DNA from: a virus
Lineage: Duplodnaviria; Caudoviricetes
IMG/VR virus record: IMGVR_UViG_3300021399_000103
Coordinates: 1-64,000 of that record
Strand: one strand, 5' to 3'
Length of the DNA: 64,000 nucleotides
How positions within the stretch are numbered: the stretch's first letter is position 1; each line of letters begins with the position of its first letter. A program made the translations under genes and the position numbers. Below the pieces are notes generated by a model. That model saw only the letters and a list, made by a program, of their open reading frames with translations, was not told where the DNA came from and made no database searches. Below are positions 54,839 to 64,000 of this stretch, one piece after another.

Positions 54839-57800
54839 ATGGGTTTTTATGGAAACATAAGTAGTGTAAATAAATCGACTTTCCAGTTTGATAAAATTTA
54901 TTCTAATAGAGCAGAAATGGAAGATAGCTGTAAAGATGATGGAATTTTTATTGGTCGATATGTTTTAGTTGATTATGATCAAGAATTATCTGCAGCATCT
55001 ATCCTTTCAACACTAAGAAATGATGGTACTCTTGGCGAAGAAGCTTTAGGTTTAGTCGGCTATCAAGTAAAGATTAAATCAACAAATCAAGATACTCAAC
55101 AAGAAGACATTATAGACCCAGGAAAGCATGTTATAATTGCTAGTGGATTAAGCAGAGATCGTGATTATACTCTTGACAATAGTAGAATTAAGAATGCTTT
55201 AGATGAAAGTAAAGACGTATATTGTGTTGTTCTTGGAAATTTAATTGGACAACAAAAAGTTGGAACTGCTGAATATGAATATTCTCTTAAATCAGATATT
55301 ACGCCTTTATTATATAAAGCTAGTATTGGTACTGAAACAGTAAAAAATGATCAAGATCAAGATGTTGAACAGCAATATTTAGAATGAACTTTAACTAAAG
55401 ATTTAGATGATTTAAATATTAAGGCAAATTCATATCTTGCTAACTATAGAGTTGATGAAGCAAGATTCCCTGATTTGGGAAGAGGTTGGGACTCAACAGT
55501 TTGGCAGAAAACATATAAGAATAATGAAGCAGCATATGTAATGATTGCAGAATTAAATTCAGTTGTGCCTACTTTTGATGTTACAGTAGATGCGCCAACT
55601 GAAGTTCCACTAAAACCGCACTATGATACTGATACATCTAATGTATATTATCGTTTACATGTGCAACCTTCTTGAGGTATGCGTGTTCGCGCAAGCGATG
55701 GCTCATTTTCTTTTGATAGTAAAAAATATCCATCAGATGTTAAAGGTAGCTTTATTATAGATCAGAAATTAATAGATAATCATGCTAGACCAAGAGAATC
55801 TGGGTATTATCCAGATAATATTTGAACAGATAGTCATATTTTAGAACAAAAAGTTGTAAATAAAGATTTAGCAATTTATTTTAATAAAGCTGGTTTTGAT
55901 AAAAAATTTCCACATTTAAGCGAAAGCAGTGATGACATCATTAATATGATGCCTACTGGATATAGCACTAATAAATATTATAGTCATAAAATTGAAGATG
56001 AAAATGGTAATACAATAAGAGAAGAGGGATTAGTTGCGCAGCAATATCCAGATACTTATGAATTAAGTATTGTTCTTCCATCTATTGGTAATACGATTTC
56101 TAAGATTTGAGATATCGTATATGGTGAAGGTGCTGTTTATGATGCTCTTGGAAAGTTCTTATGAGATAAAGAAACTAATAAGTTTGCTGCCGAAGAAGAA
56201 TATATTAAAAATCAAGAAAATAATAAATGAATAGTTTCAGAAGAGCCTGTGTTAATGAGAAATACCGCTATTGAATGGAATACAAATACAGGTATTCGAA
56301 TGAATAAAGGTATAAAACTTAATTTTAATGAAGAAACAGGTAAGAATGATAAAGAGATAATTACTTATAATAAAGAAGCATTGAATTCAATGGCTGGTAT
56401 TATTAATACTGTCCACGATTTAATGGGAATGATAATCATTGAGAGAGAGAACACTTCGTTAGAACCTGAAGCAGTTACTACTTGAGATCCAGAAAAAATT
56501 TATTATATTGATGGTAAATACTATTATAAAGCCAGAGCGTATAATTTTGAAAATTATACAGCTGGTGACGGAATACCTGGAAATAAAATTATTGACGTAA
56601 CTGATGGTGGCGATCCAGTTATTACTCATAATGATGAAGATGATAGTGATATTATAACAACACGTTATTTTAGACAATCTGAAGAAATGTATGATAATTA
56701 CTATGCTACTAAGGAAAATGAGGAAGGTAAAGAAGAATCATATCTTGATAGCTCTGCCTATTTTGATTATTATAAAGTTGATGAAGATTATGCGAATATT
56801 CTTGAAGATGCGATTTATGGTACATTAAAATTAAAACATTTACCTAATCTTTCTTTTGAAAATTATAGTAATGCTGAAACTGATGTAGATGGTAAAGATT
56901 TATATTATTATAAAGAAATTAAGGATAACCAGGGAAAAGTAACTGATAAAGTGTATGTTTTAGCAGATGTAAAGAATGCAGAAAAAACACCAGTAAATAA
57001 TGTATCTTATTATAAGATGAAGTTTGAACCGGTTACTGCGAATGAACTTGAATATTATTATGTACCAGATGTCTATTGACTTGGTATAAAAAAGTTTAAA
57101 ACTTCAAGAGAATTAAATAATTGAAATGCTAAAACTACTTTTGAAGATGGCGATTTTGATTTTTTAAGTCCTTGTGCTGAAAAAGATATAGATACTGCAT
57201 TGGGTATAAATGGTATTCATTTAGATGAAGATAATAATATTATTGAAAATAAAGGCGAAAACGTTACCACATTTATTGGTTATAAATTTTTGTTAGGGGT
57301 TCAATTAAATCCAAGTAAATCTACTTATGTTTTACGAGATGAAAACATAAAGAATGAAGAATATACTCAAATAAATCAAGATGATAATTGAATTACAGCA
57401 CAAAGCGGTCCTGATGAAGGTACTGTATATGAAATTTCTATCACTGTAGACGCTGATGGAAAAATTGTTACCAATAATACTGAAGATAGTACAAATAATA
57501 ATCATACTATTACAGAAATTTTACAAAATGTAGAAATTTCAACAGTCGCAGGTGAAAATAACGTTAGTCTTTTACATTATAAATATAAAGCAGCGCAATA
57601 TTACAATACAAAAAACGTAGATGCAGAAGGTAAAGTAAAAACCGATGAAGAAAATATAAAAACATTGCTTGAATGAAAACAGTGAGTAGAAAATCCTAAT
57701 AATAATATTAAAGAACTTGATTTAATTCGCGCAACTAAATTAGTTAGAGTTATTTCAGATCCCGTTTATACAATTCAAAATGCTAAAATTATATCTGGAT

Positions 57801-60544
57801 TCACCTTAAAGCCAGATGAAAATACTGGAGATATAGATTATTATTATCATCCAGGTTATTCTATTATTAATGGCAGAAGTGCTAATGACATATATAAAAG
57901 AGAAAATATAGCTGATTTGACTAAAGAGCAAGGTAGAACTAGAATTGAATTAGGTCAGTATTTTAAAATAACATCTCAATCAGAATCTTTTGTTTATTTT
58001 GACCCTCAAGAAAATTATTATTATAAAGATGATTTTGGAAATTACTTAAAAGAAAATAACGCTGCACTTAAAGAGAGTGGACAAACTTTGGCAATAACAT
58101 ATTATAAATTAATGCAATTTATAAAATTAGATGATGGATATAATATATTTATTCCTAATATGTATCGCGAAGTTCAATTGGATGCTAATGGAAAACCTGT
58201 GCTTGATACAAATGGTAATATAATTTCAACGCCTATTGAAAATTACGACGATATTAGAGGTAATAAAAAATATCAAGTATATGAAGATTTGTATATTAAA
58301 CCTGGGGAAAATGGTGCGCCAGCAGATAAAAATGAGATATTTGCGGCAGGTGCAAAATGGAATATGAATGTAACTTCTATTCCAAAAGCTCAGGATGGCA
58401 GTAATGCTTTAACTTTAAGTAGAAAAACAAATACTTGAGAAGCTAGAGAATTAAAGGATTTTGGTAATGTTTTAAATACTATTAATGGTTTAATTGTTAG
58501 AATTAATCAGAAATTAGCCGATGGTGATATGATAACAAGAGACCAGAGAACAGTTCAAGGTGCTATTAATACATTAAATGATATAATTGCTAAATTTAGT
58601 ATATTAATTCCAGGTGAATTTGCTATGGTTGATACTTATGGTAGAGTTCACAGTGGAGATTGAGATAGTAAGCAAAAGTTTAGTTATAGCAATATTGGAA
58701 ATCCAAATGCGGGCTCGGATATTCCGGACGGTGAACCGGTTGCCGCAGACAATGAACGTTGGTTAAAATTAACTACAACTTCTGGAGAAGCTACTGACTT
58801 TAAACCACACATTAAATTAGAACATACATTTAATGCAGTCGCTGATACAACCACAACAGCAAATAAAAATATCGCAACAGGAACTGGTTTAAATAAAGGT
58901 ATTGGAGATACTTTATCATTGTATACTCCAATAGTAGATAATACTGGACACGTAGTTGGTAAGAATACAGAAACTGTTACATTACCTTATGGATTTAAAA
59001 CTATTTCTACAAATGGCAGAAACAGTAATAATAATAAGATTGCCTTAGCGGCACAAGATGATATAATTGCGGACAATACTCAAGATACTCTTGGAATTAA
59101 CTCAGGTAATGAATGGATTAAGATTGAAACAAATCCTAGTACAGATGTAATTACAATTAGTCATGATGTAAAAAATGTTTCAAGTAGTGAAAGTAGCTTA
59201 AATTTATCAACAGAAATTTCTGGAACAACTACATTCGATATTCCAACTTATACATTTGATGCAACTAATCATTATTCTAGTCATGATACGAAAACATTAA
59301 CAATGCCAAATAGCTATGGTAAATTCACTGGTGATACTGGTAGTAGCGAAGCTACTGCCACACATGATACATTCAGTATTACTGGTGATACATGAGTGAC
59401 TACTGCGGCAAGTGCAGACCAAATTAGTTTAGCACATAGTGCGCCTCATGAAAAAGCGCACGCAACAGTTGCTAATGAAACTCCAAATTTCGGCAGTACA
59501 TTTACTATTAAAGATCTTGATTTTGATAATAAAGGGCATAAAGCAAATGAGGGAACTCATACAGTAACCATTCCGCAATCTAGCTTGGTAACAGATGGTT
59601 TAGGTAATGTTATGACGGGTTTATCTTTAGTACCATCTACTGGAGTATTTACCCAAAATCGAGCACTTGTTGGTTCATTAGATTTAACTGGATATAATGC
59701 AAATGAAACAAATCCATTAATTACTGCAAGTGATACTATTAATGGAGCCTTTAAGAAAATTGAAACGGTTTTAGATAATAGTAATACTACTGTTAACACT
59801 AGAATTAATAATTTTAAAGGTACTTCTGCTGATGTAAATGATTCTACGGTATATGGTATTGTTAATAGTTCAAAAAATTCTTTAATTGGTAATATAGGAG
59901 ATAGTTGAAATGGAGCAACTCCAGCGTATACTTTATACGGATTAAAAGATTATATTGATCAAGCAGTAGCGGATCAATTAAATGAAGGAATTAGATTTTC
60001 TTCTCATATTTGAGGAGTACAAGCTTTCTATAATTCAACAGAAAATCAAGTGATTTCTGTTTCAGATCAAAATTTAGATAATGCCATAGTGCCTGTTTCT
60101 ATTTTAAATGAAAAAAGTTTAACTTATGGTGCTATTAATGGTAATTGTGAAGATTATTCACTTTCTTCAGATAATTCAAATTTAACTGGAATTAAGGTTA
60201 ATGAATCTGGATTATATAGAGTTCAAGCTTGTGCTGCAGTAAAAACACAAAGTACTGCTTCAAATTTAATAAATGGTGTAAAAGTATGAGTAATGAAAAT
60301 TAATGCAAATGGTGGAAGTAAAGAAAAAATTATTTCTATTACAGAATCATTGGAAAATTCTGCAACATCAACATTAAATGCGACTTATGCTACTTCTAGT
60401 AAATTAACTCAATTGAATGCAGGAGATGTTATTTATTTAGCAGTAACTCATGTTAATAGTACAGGTGCTTCTATAAATATATTAGCAGATAATGATACAT
60501 ATATATTATTAGAAAAACTTGATGGAGAATTAGTCCAAGCTTAA
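54839..60544 (+). CDS. large tail fibre / receptor-binding protein (~1901 aa, TGA=Trp)
   Basis: Ten same-frame fragments; D..GH fibre repeats; C-terminal C1q/BclA-like domain (ESGLYRV...LNAGDVIYL). Confidence 0.7.
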
Positions 60545-60571
60545 GGAGGAGAATAATCTCCTCCTTTTTTT
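60543..60571 (+). terminator. intrinsic terminator
   Basis: AAGGAGGAGA-ATAA-TCTCCTCCTT followed by a T run. Confidence 0.75.
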
Positions 60572-60637
60572 AAGGACGAATTACATTAAAATTATATAAT
60601 TATTTTTTAAATAATACGAATAAAGGAGGGTAAGGGC

Positions 60638-61492
60638 ATGGCAGTAAATTATGTCAAATTTATGCGTGGTACACAAGCATTATATAGTAGCCTTGGTACA
60701 AAAGATCAAGATGCTCTGTATTTTGTATATGATAATGTGAATGATGATCACGGTAAATTATACCTTGGAAATAAATTAATTTCTGGCTCTTCTTCTAATC
60801 CAAGTGGGGATATTTCTCTTTCAGATATTCAAGATATCTTATTTGATAATAATTTAGCAGATGGAGATTTCCTTGTATATGATGAAGCAGAAGGAAAATG
60901 AGTAAATAAACCTTTTGCTGAAGCATTAAATGTTCCGATTATGGTTGGCGCAACTGCATCTGCGGACGGAGTGGCTGGCTTAGTTCCAGTACCAGTAGTA
61001 GGTGATCAATTAAAATTTTTGCGAGGAGATGGAACTTGAGCGACAGTAACAGGAGAATTATCTCAACAAGATAAAGCTGATATTAATCAGCTTAAAACAC
61101 AAGTAACAACTTTAATTGGCAACGATCCAAATAAGTCTGTATCTACTATAGTTTTTGAAAAAGTTGCAGAATTATTAATTCCAGAAGACGCCCAAGAAAG
61201 TTTAGATACTTTACAAGAGATTGCTGATTGAATTCAGGATCATCCACATGATGCTGCAGAAATTAATTCTAATATTTCTATATTACAAACAAAAATTGGT
61301 AATTTAGAAGATATTATTAATGGAACAGATACAACAGAGGGATTAGAGGCAAGAGTTTCTAGTCTTGAAACTACAATGGGAACTTTTACTCCAGTAGAAG
61401 GAAGCTATTTGGATGTAAGTTCCGCAATTACTTATTTGAATAATTCAGTCACTGAAATGAATGATCGTTTAAGATGGCATGAATTAGGATAA
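60638..61492 (+). CDS. tail fibre-like protein (284 aa, TGA=Trp)
   Basis: GLVPVP..FLRGDGT-W(TGA) and DTLQEIAD-W(TGA)-I motifs. Confidence 0.72.
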
Positions 61493-61521
61493 TAAGTTTT
61501 TAATAGAAAGGAGGAAAGAAA

Positions 61522-63195
61522 ATGGCTTTCAATCTAATTAATTTTAAAAAAGGTACTTTGGCTCGTCTTAATGAATTAAAGACACAAAGCGGCATTGAAG
61601 AAGGCACATTTTATTTAACGATTGATGAAAATAAAGAAACCAGTAGACTATATATTGGTACTAGTACAACAACGGCTTTACCAGTTAATAGTAATATTGT
61701 TACAGTAACAAATCAATCAGAATTAAATAATACATTAAGCGCAACTCCATTTAATGATGGTGATTTTGCTTATGTAACTAATGGAAATATTTTAGCTGTT
61801 AAAATTGGTAATCAATGGAGACAAATTAATACACCTCCATCAAGTTCAGATTATAAATTTTTAACTTCAGCTGATTATAGTATAGATACATCAAATGGTG
61901 TAGCTACAATTACTTGGACAGGATACAGATCTGATAACGACGAAGTTACAGCAGATATGACTGTTACTGGAACAAATGGTGTTACTGTTAGTAGTTCTGG
62001 AACCGCGCTGACAATCAGTGGAGATCCTGCGACATTAGCTTCTACAGCAGTAAATAGTTCAAATGCAACAACTATCTCATTAAGTTCTACTGGAAATACT
62101 GCAAGTGGATCTATTGCTGTTTCAGGTGGTAATAATATTACTTTAGAAGGAGCAGCAAATAACATTAGAATTTCTGCTCAAGATACAACCAATTCTTCAT
62201 TAACAGTGACAAATGCTTCAAATGGCTTTAATATTACTGTTCAAGATAGCAACAATGATGAAGTAAGTGGTACACTTAATCCAACTATCACTTATTTGAC
62301 AAATGAAGCTGGTACAACTACAGCGAATGTGACATTCCAGAATGGAATAGCTGCGCTTGATGTTTATTCAAAAGATGAAATCAATCGTAGATTAAAAGCA
62401 CTTGATGGAATGACCTATAAGGGAACTGTTGGTGCACAAGGATCTGCGGCAACTACTATTAGTGGAATTTCTAATGTTAGTATTGGAGATACATATAAAG
62501 TAGTTAGTGACCTCTCAAGCATTCCTATTAAAGCGCCTGGAAGTAGTACTATTACAACTACTGGTACGGCTAAATTAGGCGACTTATTAATTGCCAATGG
62601 TACAGAAACAAATGGTGTAATTACTTCTGGTTTGTATTATGATATCATTCCAGCTGGCGATGATTTAATGCAAACTTATTCAGTTGTAAGTGATACTTAT
62701 GGTATCAAAATTCATGATGATGTCACAAATGATGATATTGGTGGCATTAAACTTGCAGCAGGGAAACAAATTGCATTATCTGACTCTGGAACTAATGAAA
62801 AGACAGTTACAGTTGCTCATGCAGATATATCATCAGCTACAAATGGTAATCCTACAACTGCTACAAAAATTACTCAATCAGAAAATACTCCTTTAACAAT
62901 TAATGCCGTTACTGGTTTAACTACTAATAATGGACATGTTACAGGTATTACTATTACTCCTTATGAAGTTCAAGATACAAATGCAGCTTTAACAGAATTC
63001 TCTGAATCTGTTACAGCAGGAACTGGTAATAATGCAGGTAAAATAGCTACAATTACTACAAATGCGACTTTGACTTCTGGCGCAAATACTCCAGATCCGC
63101 ATTCAGCTTCATTTAGTTTGGCATCTGATAATTTAGCAGTTACTGCACCAACAAGCAGTCAAGTAAAAGTTAATTTCGTTTGGGATACATTCTAA
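61522..63195 (+). CDS. Thr/Ser-rich beta-structured virion protein (fibre-like)
   Basis: 557-aa ORF with no TGA. Confidence 0.7.
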   Translation: MAFNLINFKKGTLARLNELKTQSGIEEGTFYLTIDENKETSRLYIGTSTTTALPVNSNIVTVTNQSELNNTLSATPFNDGDFAYVTNGNILAVKIGNQWRQINTPPSSSDYKFLTSADYSIDTSNGVATITWTGYRSDNDEVTADMTVTGTNGVTVSSSGTALTISGDPATLASTAVNSSNATTISLSSTGNTASGSIAVSGGNNITLEGAANNIRISAQDTTNSSLTVTNASNGFNITVQDSNNDEVSGTLNPTITYLTNEAGTTTANVTFQNGIAALDVYSKDEINRRLKALDGMTYKGTVGAQGSAATTISGISNVSIGDTYKVVSDLSSIPIKAPGSSTITTTGTAKLGDLLIANGTETNGVITSGLYYDIIPAGDDLMQTYSVVSDTYGIKIHDDVTNDDIGGIKLAAGKQIALSDSGTNEKTVTVAHADISSATNGNPTTATKITQSENTPLTINAVTGLTTNNGHVTGITITPYEVQDTNAALTEFSESVTAGTGNNAGKIATITTNATLTSGANTPDPHSASFSLASDNLAVTAPTSSQVKVNFVWDTF

Positions 63196-63250
63196 GGACA
63201 AAAATCGTTAATAAATAATCCATATCCTTTATGTTAGTTAGAGGATATCT

Positions 63251-63287
63251 AATTGGGAAAGGGGTTATCCTCTTTCCCAATTTTTTT
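63251..63287 (+). terminator. hairpin/terminator
   Basis: AATTGGGAAAGGGG/CCTCTTTCCCAATT followed by a T run. Confidence 0.65.
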
Positions 63288-63316
63288 ATATAAAAAGGAA
63301 AGAAAGGAGAAAATAT

Positions 63317-64000
63317 ATGGCTGATAAAATAAAGTTCTGACCTATTAGGGGTACAGAAGCACAAATTTTAGATGAGAACATATGTCCATATTATGATGGT
63401 AAAATCTATTTTGCGACAGATACAAATAAAATTTATCTTGATGCAAATGGAACTAAACATTTAATGGGCGGTGGTAGTTCTGGAATTGTTTATGCCAATG
63501 GTTCTGATACTCAAATAGTAAAAACTTCAGCAGATGAGACGGATTTTGGATATACAATTGCTTTAGATGCATTGGATAATCCATTAGTTTCTCCAAAAGA
63601 AGATGATTTAATCTTAAATTCTGATGGAAGATTCTTTAGAGTTACAGGTTATAATTCTTCAACTCAGTCAATTAGTGTTATATTGCTTGCGGTTAGTGGC
63701 ACTGGAGAAGGTGGAGGCGGTGGTTCGTCATTTAAAAGAAGATTTACAATAAATCTTGAAAAACCTAATCCATCAACATTAATTAATGGGCAGAATTTTA
63801 GAATTTATTTTACTGTTAATTCTGCAATTGATGCTAATGATTTTGTGTTAGATGAAGAATTTGTTGTTTATATAACATTAGCTGAAAAAGTTGCCGGAAC
63901 ATCGAATAGTTATATTAATTATTATTCTAGTCAAAAGGATGTTGCAAATGAAACTCGTTCTTACTTTGACATTAGTGAATTTTTAAGAGAATCTACAACA
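63317..64000 (+). CDS. large structural protein, 5' part (truncated by window, TGA=Trp)
   Basis: GAAAGGAG RBS; MADKIKF-W-PIRGTE..GKIYFATDT; open to the window end. Confidence 0.7.

Noticed and set aside
15710-64000. Pseudogenes or a decayed prophage, suggested by the fragmented ORF track
   Set aside because: The fragments stay in frame and break only at TGA, often at conserved Trp positions. This is recoding, not decay.
15710-64000. TGA as Gly (code 25) or selenocysteine
   Set aside because: Motif contexts (LRGDGT-x, IGG-x-xI, Hint x-IEAADL, EIAD-x-I) call for Trp, and TGA is far too frequent for Sec.

Overview
This is a 64-kb segment of a large tailed dsDNA phage, probably a siphovirus of a Bacillota (Firmicutes) host, with two divergent arms. 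RIGHT ARM (15.7-64 kb, + strand) is the morphogenesis module: terminase, portal, protease/scaffold, capsid, neck, tail tube, a 2885-aa tape measure and very large tail/fibre proteins. The supplied ORF track looks fragmented here only because TGA is read as Trp (code 4). Fragments of each gene share one frame and are separated only by TGA, which falls at conserved-Trp positions. LEFT ARM (1-14 kb, mostly - strand) uses the standard code, with TGG for Trp and TGA as a stop. It holds about 30 tiny early genes, nearly all behind their own sigmaA promoter/RBS module, plus a tRNA-Lys, several ORF-less structured transcripts and nine ORF-less plus-strand promoters. The most unusual element is a non-coding array of host regulator operators, mainly at 11.99-13.93 kb with a satellite at 1.19-1.31 kb. 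It contains 10 perfect Rex boxes, 2 perfect CIRCE (HrcA) elements, a perfect parS, 16 GTTAG-N6-CTAAC (DtxR-like) palindromes, cre-like boxes and an unassigned CTTTA-N6-TAAAG palindrome. I propose it is a DNA decoy (sponge) that titrates host repressors. It lies next to a 0.9-kb low-complexity tract that probably marks the genome terminus. Other notable features are a non-splicing Hint domain in the tape measure, a probable -1 frameshift extending the capsid protein, and TGA avoidance in high-copy virion proteins. Product names come from motifs and synteny only; no database searches were run.
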